Source of the DNA: Haliotis rufescens
Taxonomy: Eukaryota
Assembly (NCBI RefSeq): GCF_023055435.1
Contig: NW_025963835.1
Location: forward strand, 32,302,001-32,366,000
Direction of reading: 5' to 3'
DNA: 64,000 nucleotides
Below, in pieces: positions 12,026 to 27,492 of this stretch (the stretch's first letter is position 1; each line of letters begins with the position of its first letter). A program made the position numbers and the translations under genes. The notes below the pieces were generated by a model. That model was not told the origin of the DNA, searched no databases, and was given only the letters and a program-made list of their open reading frames with translations.

Positions 12026-15000
12026 CGTTTAGAGGGACAACCCTAGGGGGCGAGGAGACTGAAGAGTTTTATGGAATAAAGATCATAAAGTTTGAAAAGC
12101 AAATGCACGCATCATTGCTCGCTCTTATCTTTCAGTCCGACTGTTGAAGACATCATTTTTGTCTCGAGTCTGTAAAATGCATTTCCTGGTTACAAAAGTC
12201 ACAAACTGCCGCTCTTTTTCCCCTCAACCAACGTTTCTATTCTACTTCAACGAAGTTAGATGTGTATTTAAGTGTTGAGTTTAAGCCACGCCGAGTATTT
12301 TGTCGGCAAATACATGAGCCTAAATCTATTTTGCATTGAATATCCCCTTTCATCTAAGATAGTAATCTATGTATTTTAACCGACAATTTCAACCACGTGT
12401 TTTCTTCAAGTCGTATACCGCTGTCGTGTTAGTGTGATAGTCATTCTCCTAGCAATATACAATGTTATGACAAAACGAAAGAAAGGCCTGGAATGCGACA
12501 ACAGCTGATTTGCAGTTTTTTCGCTCTGTTCATATGATAACGGGCACAACAACGTATTAGTAATCATTATAAAACCAGTTTTTCTTTTCCTTTCTGACGT
12601 GAGATGTCATTGGTTATGACAACAGAACTTTCAACACTCTTTTATCAAGGAATACTATGTGCCTTGTTTTTCAGTTTCAAGAACATATTTGTTTAAAATG
12701 TCAATAACCCAGGTCTGTGTAATCAGTCTCAAAAGTCTCCTCATTCATTGTACATCTGGTGTATTCTAAGCTAATGTAATTATTTCAATATGATCGTTAT
12801 GTCATGTCAACTTGAGGTTTTTGCTTGAACGTGAGTTTCAATAGTAACCACAATGGCTTTTAAATTATCTTCGGTTAAAAATATGCATAGATATTCCAAT
12901 TAATTACTTGGATATAAATTAAACATGACGATCTTCACAACAAGCCATTGTAGCTTTTACTCTTTCTCTAAAACATGCAAGATACCTTACGTGCATTGCT
13001 CCGACCGTATACAACGCCGTGTGTGTCATTTACAAAGAAACACAATATTTCACGTGTTGTTTTTAGTTATTTACTCTTATTTTTTTCAGGGGATCACGGA
13101 CGATCCTTATTATTTATATTTTTTGCCAATCAGTTTGAACATTTAACTCTCTACCCTTAGTAAAGCTAAGTCATGTTTCATGAATACAGCGCTATATATC
13201 CTTTCACTTAGATATATCGGTGACATACACGCATATCTATCTTGCATTTTTACATGCCTTTTCATTGGCAATAAATATGTATTTTTGTCTGCGGTAGATA
13301 GACATGCCGCACCATCTCCATATCATTCTACGACTTGACTAAACACAATCGCCATCGTACATACTAGCCCAGTATTTAAGGTCAAGGTCACATTGACTTG
13401 GGCTGAAAAACAAAATATGAAATTATATGTTTCCATATTATAATCATTTGAAAAATGGTCAAAAATAATGTATTTTATACATATGAGAGAATATACAGTT
13501 CGTAATTTAATATCTATAATGTTTTCACAAGCAGACTTTATGCCAGTGAGTAGAAAAGAATTTCAGACCGAATTCTTTTTGAAAAAAAAATCAGTAATCT
13601 TTTAATATTTCTGGCCATGTGGTCTAAATATGTTCAGAACTGTAGAAAAATATGCGAAAAATATCCGATTTCAAAGACTCCCCGATTCCAAAATTTAAAG
13701 CTAGCAATCGTGGCATGGTCCCCTGTTTGCTGTTTTCGCAGCGGGGAAGGAAATGGTTGAACGGTGTTGGTTCGCGCCTCGTTTCGTCTCCCTCATGTTC
13801 AAGTAGCCAGGTAGCACCTCTGACCTTTGATTAATTCACTGAGTGGTTCCACCAAATATTTTAAGTTTTAATGGAGGGCTTGTGGGACACGAACTCCGCC
13901 ACACTGGGCTTTGCTCGTGGGTATTTACTCAGCTTTCCGCTTCAGAACAGGACATCACAAACCACAGAGAAGGTATCCTCCATCAATAATCCTCGCAATT
14001 TCATGAAAGAACAGATTTAGAGGATTCGGATGTTTTCAACAAAGTAATCGGATTTTGCTAAGTCATTCAAGTCTCGTTTCAAACCGCAGATTATAAAAGA
14101 TTTTCACAGGAGTTCCAATATTAAGTTTTAATATCGCCAAGTTACTGGATATAATCTTATTAAATCTCTGTATGACAGAACGGTTTTGTTTGTGGCGTGG
14201 GCGTTGCGTGAGATATTTCCAATAACAATAAATACAATGATAATACAATAATGTACAACAAGTACAAAACAGAGATTTTTCTGGGTGTTAATTTTGATCG
14301 ACATAAACAGATGTACTCATGTTTAAAAACTTGTAAAGTGAACAAAAGCAATACCGACCTTCCCTGCAGCCGGAATCTTCTATGTTTATTAACAATAATC
14401 CGTCAGAAAGACGCTATTATCATCTGAACAGAACGTCCACACAGGAGTATAAGCAGACAGGACTATTTGCCCAAACAGATTCCACTGCGCGTTAAAAGAC
14501 AAAATAGCGGTGAAAACTTTATGAATTGATAATTTTAAGTACATACTATTTTCATCACACAAGTTCAAAGTGTAGCGTGATGGTCGCGGTTCTACTCATA
14601 ATCACGTCGTCGTCACTTCCAAATACGGAGAATCTACGAAACTTTCAGCAGAGATTTCTATTGAATATAGAAAGTGTTTTTGTGCTTTTATTTACCTGTT
14701 CAAACACCTCGTATCACTCACGGCAATCCTGTTTAGAATGTTCTTCAAAACTATTACATATTTCACTCCGGAAAGGAACGGATAAATAGTACAAGTAATA
14801 TAAGAATTGTTGCATGCTTCCACAATTAAATAATGTGTTATTAGTTATTTTGAACTCTTCCGATACTAAATATGTTCGGTATTTACATCCGTCAAAGGGA
14901 GCGACACGTACAGTTGAACTACTTTAAACACTTTCGTTCGTTTAATTATGCATATATGTACAGATTGTCTGATCTACCCCGTATTTAATAATATTAATAA

Positions 15001-18000
15001 TAATAATAATCATAATAATAATAATATGCATTTATGGAAAGAAACTGAACGTATGATATAAAGTATATTCACAATATAACTGTGACTAATATGAACAAAT
15101 TAAAAGTGACGTTTACGTACTTAACAAATTGTTAAAAAAAACCTGTTAATTTGATAATGAATGAACCATTCAATATATGTAAAAAGCAACCTTTGTTATT
15201 ACACGCATCGTCATATAATTATAAGGTGTGATAATTTCGTCTTGAGGTAATTTAGCAAGCATGGTACAATGATTAAAATTCAATTCAATTGAAGTGTCAT
15301 CTGGTCATTTACAAATGAATTAGTTATCAAAATTATAAATGATCCCGCACATTGTTACGTGATATGATTAATATGAATTATTAATTACATATATTTTCAT
15401 ATCACGTTTACAACTTCTTGTTTCATAACTTGATCGTACAACATTTATGCTGATTTAGAGATAAATGACACTTGTGGATTAATTTTACGCCAGTCGATGT
15501 ACTTTCCAACAATTTTGTGCCTAACTCGGTCTTTTTACATCCCAAAATTAGAAAACATTGCTTCAAAATGGCACCCTTTTTACACTGTATCTACACCACG
15601 GGAGTTAATTTTCGTTATTTAACTTTATTTAGATGCTAATGTTTAAATTGCACATACATATTTTATAATATGACATTATTATTTTTGCTCTAATCTATAA
15701 TATATAATGACTAATTTATAAACATATTTGCGCAAAAGAGGAATTTTCAGATTTTTATACAAAGGCTTGTCTCTCAATTGTTCTATTGTGAAATCGCAAA
15801 CTGTTGCCCATTTCAATAAAATGATTTATCTAGCAACACGGTTGTCCTTTACACATGCCATGAATGTTCAACCATCACTGAACATAACGGACTATTTCTG
15901 TCCCTAATCAAACACAAATAAAAGCGCTACACAGTCCCTTGAGTCCGTGTTTGTGTTAATTAAGGAACGTTTTCGATCTCTTTTACCAATTAACACCCTC
16001 CGCCGGATATCGCAATGATTACAGTCGCTTATTTGAAGATTGGGCATGCGCAACAAATGTAAACCACATTTCGGAAAAGGCTGTGATCTTAGCTGTAGGC
16101 GATGTCTCTGTTCTTGCCAAAGCAATATGTAAGTCGTTGAGGAATTAAGTATCTACCAGACTGTCAAATAGTTTTGAACAATGCAGAAGGCATTTAACGA
16201 TTCCATATTCTTATGTACAAACACACAACTGGCATTGTACTAGATGCTGGCTGTGCATGACGGTAAATAATAACGGTATATTATCTTGTAAATGTAATAA
16301 ATAAAGTGATTTTGAGAGAAAATATGTCATTGGTATTGTGTTTTTGTAATGTTTCGTTCCCTTGTCTTATATTTCTGTGAATCTCATTGAGTTTCGCCGT
16401 GTGGTGGAACAGCTGGGCCAAACGCATCTGAATACTGGCTGGAATAAACACGAACATTGTTTGATGCTAATATGTTTTGTGGAAGCACTCGTGCAGAAAA
16501 TGTGTACTGCTTTAGTAAACAGCTCTATTGTTTACCGATAAGCACACATGTACATATACAAATAAACAACAAAGTCCCCACAAACCTGGAAACATGAGAA
16601 ACATTTATACTAATCACAACATGACGACCTAATGTATAATCTCACCTCTCCCAGCACGCGAGATACTTCACAATGTCATTCTCTTTAATGTTTGGAATGG
16701 ATAATACCTTATACCATGTCTAGTACCGGCCGTGATTTGGTCAAAGCGTAGCTCCAGACAAAAAGGGCTATCTCTTTTTTATTCCCAACTAGTTAGCAAA
16801 CTGCCTCCAATGGCGACTTGACGATCCATCACTTTGACTGACGATGGAGTAGAAGCTGGTCTCGCTGTATCAATGACTCGAATAATGAATGCCTCGTTCT
16901 GGTGCCCCGGCCTTTCTCAGGGTGGGTCGTGGCCCGGGAGGGGGAGTCACTGGAGATGGAAACACGATTTTTCAAAATGAAAACTTAAACAATTTTAAAT
17001 ATGAGTATTTTCTGTTATTATAACCACGAATATTAATTATATCCAACTTAAGCTATAACTGGTACCCTATTGTATTTATAGGGTCTGAAAACATAGATGA
17101 GAGAGGAGATCAGAGGCTGCACAAGATCATGTTGGTTGTACTAGTTTTGCCTGTAATGTTAGATTAAACTAATTTATCAGTTACCGATGAAGAGTGTTGC
17201 TTTTATTATGTTTTCTTGCTGTGACGTTTTCATAAACGAAGAAGCATTCATGTCAATAAATGTACATTGTACGTATAGTGTCAATGGTGTTTTTGCTTTT
17301 TCTTCTCTATAATAACGAAATACTTTGACATCTTTGCTGGTTGAGAGTGTTAATAGCTTAAACACAATTCTGAACAGGTTCTTAAAATCAAAACTGAACT
17401 ATATACATCTGAAAAAACACCCATCTGTTTGTACCCTCATCTGTTCATTTTCTTTCTCTCACCATTAAAAACACAAACACATTCATCACTCACTCACTCA
17501 CTCACTCACTCATGCTTATCTCTAATACAACACTGTGATGCCTCTATTATATAATATACCAAGCTTCTCCGGGGAGAATATGCAACATTCACCTGAACTA
17601 TCGCAGAATGTGATATGATCTAATTTGATATTTAATTGAAACACGTTATTGTGATAGTTTCTGAAATTAGGATATATTTTCCATTTTCTACTGATTTTTA
17701 TCACTTTAAGTCAATTTCTCCAAAATAGTTTTGAAAAATATTCAATATGATTGCATTGCATTATAAGCTGCTGTTGTGGATGCATAGCGTTTCAATTCAA
17801 TTTAAACTTTAAAAAATTGAATACACTCAATAAAACTAATTTAGTTTTATCATAAACTGAACTTTGGGAGGTTAAAAAGCATAGCATTATGTTGTCAAGA
17901 AATACAACTATTTTAGACATTTATGAAATGTAAAAAACTGAACTACCCTAAATCCAAGCACTTAAATTAATAAATAAAAACACCTTAATGATTAGAAATG

Positions 18001-19189
18001 AAATGATATGCATGTTGATCTCTGTACAGGCAGACAAATGAGATTAACCAAACCCGTTTCTCTGTTGCAATCATATCCATGTATAAGTGCATCATATATT
18101 CTTCCTAAGAAAGGAACATATTTATCCAATTGAGGAACAGTTCATCATGCAGACAACGTTTGAAACAGAACACCTGACTTATGAACACAACCTAGCACCA
18201 TTAAACTTCTACTAATATAATGACAAAATGTCAACTGTACACATGATCTATTAACAGTATCAATATTCAATGTTAAAAGTCATTCATTATTTTCAGAATG
18301 CAATCGAACGATCTTAAGTTTGTACAAATTAAACAAGATATACAGATGACGAACCGAATACGTTTCGATATGAACAGACCGCCTCTTATACACAGAAAAG
18401 TTATGCTTGAAATATAAATTCCGTGTTCCCGAGATTATTGTATCATATTTTTATCTTGCAAATTCGGTGGAATATAATACTCGTTACTTGAATAAGCTTC
18501 ACATGATTTATCCGTGTACTAATGACTTCCATATCAAATAACTAGTAACACGTGGCAGATTTAATCTTTTGGAAATTATTAGAATTGCAAATGTGAAATC
18601 TACTATAAGTCATTTCATTGTCCGTCTAATATCAACCAGTGAAGGTTGACTTCGGCTCTAGTTGTATATACGTTTCTCTTTTTAAAGAGATAACATGCGC
18701 CATATTGGTTTATACCAATCACATAAGAGTTATTTTCCAAAAATGAAAACTGCTTTACACATAAAACAATATTTGCATTCACGTTTATGTAGTTATATAG
18801 CAAAGTATATTTATGCATGTAAGCTGTACAGTACAGCGTGTTATATTACATAATAAATATGGATATGAACATTTTTTCAACTTTTTAGAATAAACACGGA
18901 TCTGTGCATGTGCTTGTGTAGAATGCACGTGATAAACGACGGGGCGTAGCGCCACTGATTCTGTTGGCAATACGGCGTAATGTGGGCTGCCTCCGTGTGA
19001 TATACCCGAAATAATTAATACCTATTCCACATAGGCATGATGAGAACTTGATGCCAGTAATAATCAGACAGCACGGTAACATGGGGCATCTATTACGCTG
19101 ACACAATGACTCATTCATTAATGGAACTAATTTCCTGGCGCTCTGCTCTTATGTATGCCTGGTCAAACCTCAATGCCCGAACACGTGTG

Positions 19190-22100
19190 TATGACTGTGT
19201 GCTAAGGAAAACGTACATTGGTGCACATTATCGTGTGTAAGTGTGAGTATAGTAACTGCATATACTGGTCTACAAAATTATGTATAATTGTGTGCATAAT
19301 AAAAGATTTATTGATAGACATAATCATGTATAATTGTGTGTATATCAAATTCATATATTAGTGCACGTAATTATGTATAATTGTGTGTATAGTAACTGCA
19401 TATATTGGTACACATAATCATGTATACTTCTGTGTATATCAAATGCATATATTTGTACACATAAGCATGTTTCAGTGTGTGTATATCAAATGCATATATT
19501 GGAAAACACATCAGCATGTATGAGTGTATGTATATAAATGCATATATTGGCACACATAACCATGTATGAGTGTATGTATATGAATGCATATATTGGAAAA
19601 CACATAAGCATGTATGAGCGTGTGTACATCAAATGCATATATTGGCACACATAAGCATGTAGGAGTGTGTGTATATGAATGCATATATTGAATGCATATA
19701 TTGGCACACATAACCATGTATGAGTGTATGTATATGAATGCATATATTGGAAAACACATAAGCATGTATGAGCGTGTGTACATCAAATGCATATACTGGC
19801 ACACATAAGCATGTATAAGTGTATGTATATAAATGCATATATTGGCACACATAAGCATGTATGAGTGTATGTATATGAATGCATATACTGGCATTCATAA
19901 GCATGTTTGAGTGTATGTATATGAATGCGTATTTTGGCACACATAAGCATGTATGAGTGTATGTATATAAATGCATATATTGGCACACATAAGCATGTAT
20001 GAGTGTATGTATATGAATGCATATACTGGCACTCATAAGCACGTATGAGTGTGTGTTTATGAATGCATATACTGGCACACATAACCATGTATGAGTGTAT
20101 GTATATGAATGCATATATTGGCACACATAAGCATGTATGAGTGTATGTATATAAATGCATATATTGGCACACATAAGCATGTATAAGTGTATGTATATGA
20201 ATGCATATACTGGCACTCATAAGCACGTATGAGTGTGTGTTTATGAATGCATATATTGGCACACATAAGCATGTATGAGTGTATGTATATAAATGCATAT
20301 ATTGGCACACATAAGCATGTATGAGTGTATGTATATGAATGCATATATTGGCACTCATAAGCATGTTTGAGTGTATGTATATGAATGCATATATTGGCAC
20401 ACATAAGCATGTATGAGTGTATGTATATAAATGCATATATTGGCACACATAAGCACGTGTGAGTGTGTGTTTATGAATGCATATACTGGCACACATAAGC
20501 ATGTATGAGTGTATGTTTATGAATGCATATATTGGCACACATAAGCATGTATGAGTGTATATATATGAATGCATATATTGGTACACATAAGCATGTATGA
20601 GTGTATGTATATGAATGCATATACTGGCACACATAACCATGTATGAGTGTATATATATGAATGCATATATTGGCACACATAACCATGTATGAGTGTATGT
20701 ATATGAATGCATATATTGGCACACATAAGCATGTATGAGTGTATGTTTATGAATGCATATACTGGCACTCATAAGCATGTTTGAGTGTATGTATATGAAT
20801 GCATATATTGGCACACATAACCATGTATGAGTGTATATATATGAATGCATATACTGGCACTCATAAGCATGTATGAGTGTATATATATGAATGCATATAT
20901 TGGCACACATAACCATGTATGAGTGTATATATATGAATGCATATATTGGCACACATAACCATGTATGAGTGTATGTATATGAATGCATATGTTGGCACAC
21001 AGAAGCATGTATGTGTGTATGTTTATGAATGCATATATTGGCACACATAACCATGTATGAGTGTATATATATGAATGCATATATTGGTACACATAAGCAT
21101 GTATGAGTGTATGTATATGAATGCATATACTGGCACAAATAACCATGTATGAGTGTATATATATGAATGCATATATTGGCACACATAACCATGTATGAGT
21201 GTATGTATATGAATGCATATATTGGCACACATAAGCATGTATGAGTGTATGTTTATGAATGCATATACTGGCACTCATAAGCATGTTTGAGTGTATGTAT
21301 ATGAATGCATATATTGGCACACATAACCATGTATGAGTGTATATATATGAATGCATATACTGGCACTCATAAGCATGTATGAGTGTATATATATGAATGC
21401 ATATATTGGCACACATAACCATGTATGAGTGTATATATATGAATGCATATATTGGCACACATAACCATGTATGAGTGTATGTATATGAATGCATATGTTG
21501 GCACACAGAAGCATGTATGAGTGTATGTTTATGAATGCATATACTGGCACTCATAAGCATGTTTGAGTGTATGTATATGAATGCATATATTGGCACACAT
21601 AAGCATGTGTGAGTGTGTGTTTATGAATGCATATACTGGCACACATAAGCATGTATGAGTGTATGTATATGAATGCATATACTGGCACACATAAGCATGT
21701 ATGAGTGTATGTATATGAATGCATATATTGGCACACATAAGCATGTATGAGTGTATGTTTATGAATGCATATACTGGCACTCATAAGCATGTTTGAGTGT
21801 ATGTATATGAATGCATATATTGGCACACATAAGCATGTATGAGTGTATGTATATGAATGCATATAATGCATGTGTAAGTATGTGTATATCGATGCATATA
21901 TCGGCACACATAATCATGTATGAGTGTGTGTATACGAATGCGTATATTGGCACACATAAGCATGTTTGAGTGTATGTATATAAATGCATATACTGGCACA
22001 CATAAGCATGTATGAGTATGTGTATATATAAATGCATATATTGGCACACATAAGCATGTATGAGTGTGTGTATATAAATGCATATATTGGCACACATAAG

Positions 22101-24687
22101 CATGTTTGAGTGTGTTTATATGAATGCATATACTGGCACACATAAGCATCTATGAGTGTGTTTATATGAATGCATATATTGGCACACATAAGCATGTATG
22201 AGTGTGTGTATATAAATGCATATATTGGCACACATAGGCATGTATGAGTGTTTATATGAATGCATATATTGGCACATATAAGCATGTATGAGTGTGTGTA
22301 TATGAATGCATATATTGGCACACATAACCATGTATGAGTGTGTGTATATAAATGCATATATAGGCACACAAAAGCATGTGTAAGTATGTGTATATGAATG
22401 CATATATTGGCACACATAATCATGTATGAATGTGTGTGTATGTATATGAATGCATATATTGGCATACATAAGCACGTATGAGTGTTTATATGAATGCATA
22501 TATTAGCACACTTAAGCATGTATGAGTGTATGTATATATATGCATTTATTGCCAAACATAAGCATGTATGAGTGTATTTATATGAATGCATATATTGGCA
22601 CACATAAGCATGTTTGAGTGTGTTTATATGAATGCATATATTGGCACACATTAGCACGTATGAGTGTTCATATGAATGCATATATATTGGCACACATAGG
22701 CATGTTTGACTGTGTTTATATGAATGCATATATTCGCACACATAAGCATGTTTGAGTGTGTTTATATGAATGCATATATTGGCACATATAAGCATGTATG
22801 AGTGTGTGTATATCACATGCATATATTGGCACACATAAGCATATATGAGTGTGTGTATATAAATGCATATATTGGCACACATAAGCATATATGAGTGTTT
22901 ATATGAATGCATTCATTGGCACACATAACCATGTATGAGTGTGTGTATATCAAATACATATATTGGCACACATAAGCACGTATGAGTGTTTATATGAATG
23001 CATATATTGGCACACATAAGCATGTTTGAGTGTGTTTATATGAATGCATATATTGGCACACATTTGCACGTATGAGTGTTCATATGAATGCATATATATT
23101 GGCACACATAGGCATGTTTGACTGTGTTTATATGAATGCATATATTCGCACACATAAGCATGTTTGAGTGTGTTTATATGAATGCATATATTGGCACATA
23201 TAAGCATGTATGAGTGTGTGTATATCACATGCATATATTGGCACACATAAGCATATATGAGTGTGTGTATATAAATGCATATATTGGCACACATAAGCAT
23301 ATATGAGTGTTTATATGAATGCATTCATTGGCACACATAACCATGTATGAGTGTGTGTATATCAAATACATATATAGGCACACATAAGCACGTATGAGTG
23401 TTTATATGAATACATATATTGGCACACATAAGCATATATGAGTGTTTCTATGAATGCATATATTGTCACACATAGGCATGTATGAGTGTGTTTATATGAA
23501 TGCATATATTGGCACACATAAGCATATATGAGTGTTTCTATGAATGCATATATTGTCACACATAGGCATGTATGAGTGTGTTTATATGAATGCATTTATT
23601 GGCACACATAGGCATGTATGAGTGTTTATATGAGTGCATATATTGGCACACATAGGCATGTATGAGTGTTTATATGAATGCATATATTGGCACACATAAG
23701 CACGTATGAGTGTTGATATAAATGCATATATTGTCACACATAAGCATGTATGAGTGTTTATATAAATGCATATATTGGCACACATAAGCACGTATGAGTG
23801 TTTATATGAATGCATATATTGTCACACATAAGCATGTATGAGTGTTTATATAAATGCATATATTGGCACACATGAGCATGTATGAGTGTTTATATAAATG
23901 CATATATTGGCACACATAAGCACGTATGAGTATTTATATGAATGCATATATTGTCACACATAAGCATGTATGAGTGTTTATATAAATGCATATATTGGCA
24001 CACATAAGCATGTATGAGTGTTTATATAAATGCATATATTGGCACACATAAGCATGTATGAGTGTTTATATGAATGCATATATTGGCACACATAAGCATG
24101 TATGAGTGTTTATATAAATGCATATATTGTCACACATAAGCATGTATGAGTGTTTATATAAATGCATATATTGTCACACATAAGCATGTATGAGTGTTTA
24201 TATAAATGCATATATTGGCACACATAAGCATGTATGAGTGTGTGTATATCAAATGCATATATTGGCACACATAAGCATGTATGAGTGTTTATATAAATGC
24301 ATATATTGGCACACATAAGCACGTATGAGTGTTTATATGAATGCATATATTGTCACACATAAGCATGTATGAGTGTTTATATAAATGCATATATTGTCAC
24401 ACATAAGCATGTATGAGTGTTTATATAAATGCATATATTGTCACACATAAGCATGTATGAGTGTTTATATAAATGCATATATTGGCACACATAAGCATGT
24501 ATGAGTGTGTGTATATCAAATGCATATATTGGCACACATAAGCATGTATGAGTGTTTATATAAATGCATATATTGGCACACATAAGCATGTATGAGTGTT
24601 TATATGAATGCATATATTGGCACACATAAGCATGTATGAGTGTTTATATGAATGCATATATTGGCACACATAAGCATGTATGAGTGT
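19190..24687. repeat. Large 44-46-bp minisatellite array (ATGCATATATTGGCACACATAAGCATGTATGAGTGT[ATGT/TT]ATATRA)n, about 120 copies
   Basis: Direct periodicity; 46-bp units on the left, 44-bp units on the right, diverged left edge. Confidence 0.98.
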
Positions 24688-24774
24688 AAAGGCGACAGTC
24701 ACATCACTGATACATGTTGAGATATGCTATCATACATATTCATTCTCTTTGGGACGGGTCTTATTGCAAAAAAA

Positions 24775-26160
24775 TACAACATTTCCTCCTTGGAGTTTGT
24801 ATTGAATACGTATATATACAACATTTCCTCCCAGTATCATGCATTGCATATGTATGAATACAACATTTTCTTCTGGGAGATTGTATTGAATACGTATACA
24901 TATAACATTTCCTCCCAGTAGAATGCATTGCATATGTATGAATACAACATTTCCTCCTTGGAGATTGTATTGCATATGTATAAATACAACATTTCTTCTG
25001 GGAGATTGTATTGAATACGTATATATACAACATTTCCTTCCAGTAGAATGCATTGCATATGTGTGAATACAGCCTTTTCTTCTGGGAGATTGTCTTGCAT
25101 ACGTATATATACAACGTTTCTTCCCAGTAGAATGCATTGCATATGTATGAATACAGCATTTTCTTCTGGGAGATTGTTTTGCATACGTATATATACAACA
25201 TTTCCTCCTTGGAGATTGTATAGCATATGTATGAATACAACATATCCTCCCAGTAGAATGAATTGCGTATGTATGAATACGACATTTCCTCCTTGGAGAT
25301 TGTATTGAATACGTATATATACAACATTTCCTCCTTGGAGATTGTCTTGCATACGTATATATACAACATTTCCTCCCAGTTGAATGCATTACATATGTAT
25401 GAATACAACATTTCCTCCTTGGAGATTGTCTTGCATACGTATATATACAACATTTCCTCCTTGGAGATTGTTTTGCATACGTATATATACAACATTTCCT
25501 CCCAGAAGAATGCATTGCATATGTATGAATACAACATTTCCTCCTTGGAGATTGTATTGAATACGTATATATACAACATTTCCTCCTTGGAGATTGTCTT
25601 GCATACGTATATATACAACATTTCCTCCTTGGAGATTGTCTTGCTTACGTATATATACAACATTTCCTCCTTGGAGATTGTAGTGGATATGTATGAATAC
25701 AACATTTCCTCCCAGTAGAATGCATTACATATGTATGAATACAACATTTCCTCCTTGGAGATTGTCTTGCATACGTATATATACAACATTTCCTCCCAGT
25801 TGAATGCATTACATATGTATGAATACAACATTTCCTCCTTGGAGATTGTCTTGCATACGTATATATACAACATTTCCTCCTTGGAGATTGTATTGCATAC
25901 GTATATATACAACATTTCCTCCTTGGAGATTGTATTGCTTACGTATATATACAACATTTCCTCCCAGTTGAATGCATTACATATGTATGAATACAACATT
26001 TCCTCCTTGGAGATTGTCTTGCATACATATATATACAACATATCCTCCAAGTAGAATGCATTGCGTATGTATGAATACAACATTTCCATCTTTGAGATTG
26101 TCTTGCATACGTATACATACAACATTTCCTCCTATTAGATTGTATTGCATATGTATGTAT
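24775..26160. repeat. 42-bp minisatellite with two interspersed unit types
   Basis: TACAACATTTCCTCC followed by TTGGAGATTGTCTTGCATACGTATATA or CAGTAGAATGCATTGCATATGTATGAA; 14-aa periodicity in the ORF track. Confidence 0.97.
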
Positions 26161-27045
26161 TTTATCGAGTATTGTATTTGAATTCAACATTCTGTCCTAA
26201 AATCATTACAAACTATATCTATGCAGGAAGGAACGTATTATCCCACTAAAGCCATGTGTTTACACCTGCACCCTTTACCCTCTTACAAAGTGTGTGGCTT
26301 GTTCTTGGAACTGATTTCTGGTACAAGTATACATGAACCATTATTCGTATAAGCTATTTTAAACTGTAAGCAATCCTGCATTCATTCATCATTCAATCAA
26401 CACATTTAACAGCACACGTTCAATATAATCGAATAGAACTGATGAAAGGGTTGGGTGACATTATTTCTCACTCCCAAACGGTTGAGGGCGGAGTGGTGAA
26501 CACATTATCGTCTCCGAGCTTCCCAGAGACAACTCTTACCGTGTAATTGAAGGCTGGCGACAGAGTCCTGTCAAACCCCATTCGATGGTCATTTGAACTG
26601 CTCTGCTTTATCGCGCCGATCGACGTGGGGATTGAGTAAACGCTCATGCGATGGCACTTTGTTAAGTTGTGTTTCGTAGTGTTGAAATGTTGGAAACACA
26701 GTGTGGCTCAGGGAAATAGTATTTACTTATTCCCTGACCTCCTATCCTCTGTAATTGAAGCGTTGAAGCTCGTTCCTTTCACTGTGGTAACAGATTAACC
26801 CCTGGTTATATATCATCCCGTATGTAAAGAGAGCGTCGGTAGTTGATATGTTTCAAATTCAGTGACAGAGTTCAAGAACATGTCACTTTTAAATGGTTTG
26901 CACAAACTGTTTCGACGTTTGAGATTGAACATGACTTGACTTGATAAGATGGACTCTTTCTTTGGATAGCAATTGATTGAAAGTATTAATTTACATTTCA
27001 CAATGAGATTTATCACATCACTCCTGTATTTCGTTACATGTACAT

Positions 27046-27182
27046 NNNNNNNNNNNNNNNNNNNNNNNNNNNNNNNNNNNNNNNNNNNNNNNNNNNNNNN
27101 NNNNNNNNNNNNNNNNNNNNNNNNNNNNNNNNNNNNNNNNNNNNNNNNNNNNNNNNNNNNNNNNNNNNNNNNNNNNNNNNNN
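27046..27182. other. Assembly gap
   Basis: N characters. Confidence 1.
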
Positions 27183-27399
27183 GTTAGTCCATCATCTTCT
27201 TTATATCAGTTTGTATAAAGAAGATGATGAACTAACGTGGACTTTAGTATATTATTATATTTTACATGTACACCGAGTGAACATTTACCTCATTTTTGTA
27301 TATATATATAGTAAGCTCTATGTATATATTTACATGTATGTTGTTTTGTATTTTATTCTTAGGGTTTAACTGGGAGACAGACAGACACGAAGACCTTGT

Positions 27400-27492
27400 T
27401 TCATGGTTGTCTTGTCCAGACCCGATTATTTAAAGACCGACGTCATTTGGCTGGATCGTAGCTGAGTGTGGCGTTAAAATAACAAACAAAAC
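27400..27492 (+). mobile_element. 3' fragment of SINE family B
   Basis: TTGTCTTGTCCAGACCCGATTATTTAAAGACCG...GCTGAGTGTGGCGTTAAAATAACAAACAAA matches the reverse complement of 53285-53375. Confidence 0.75.

Noticed and set aside
19044-19104. ATGATGA...CTGA snoRNA-like boxes
   Set aside because: No terminal stem or recognisable guide
19371-24625. Many Cys/His/Tyr-rich ORFs up to 481 aa
   Set aside because: Translations of the 44-46-bp minisatellite in overlapping frames; no unique sequence or splice context
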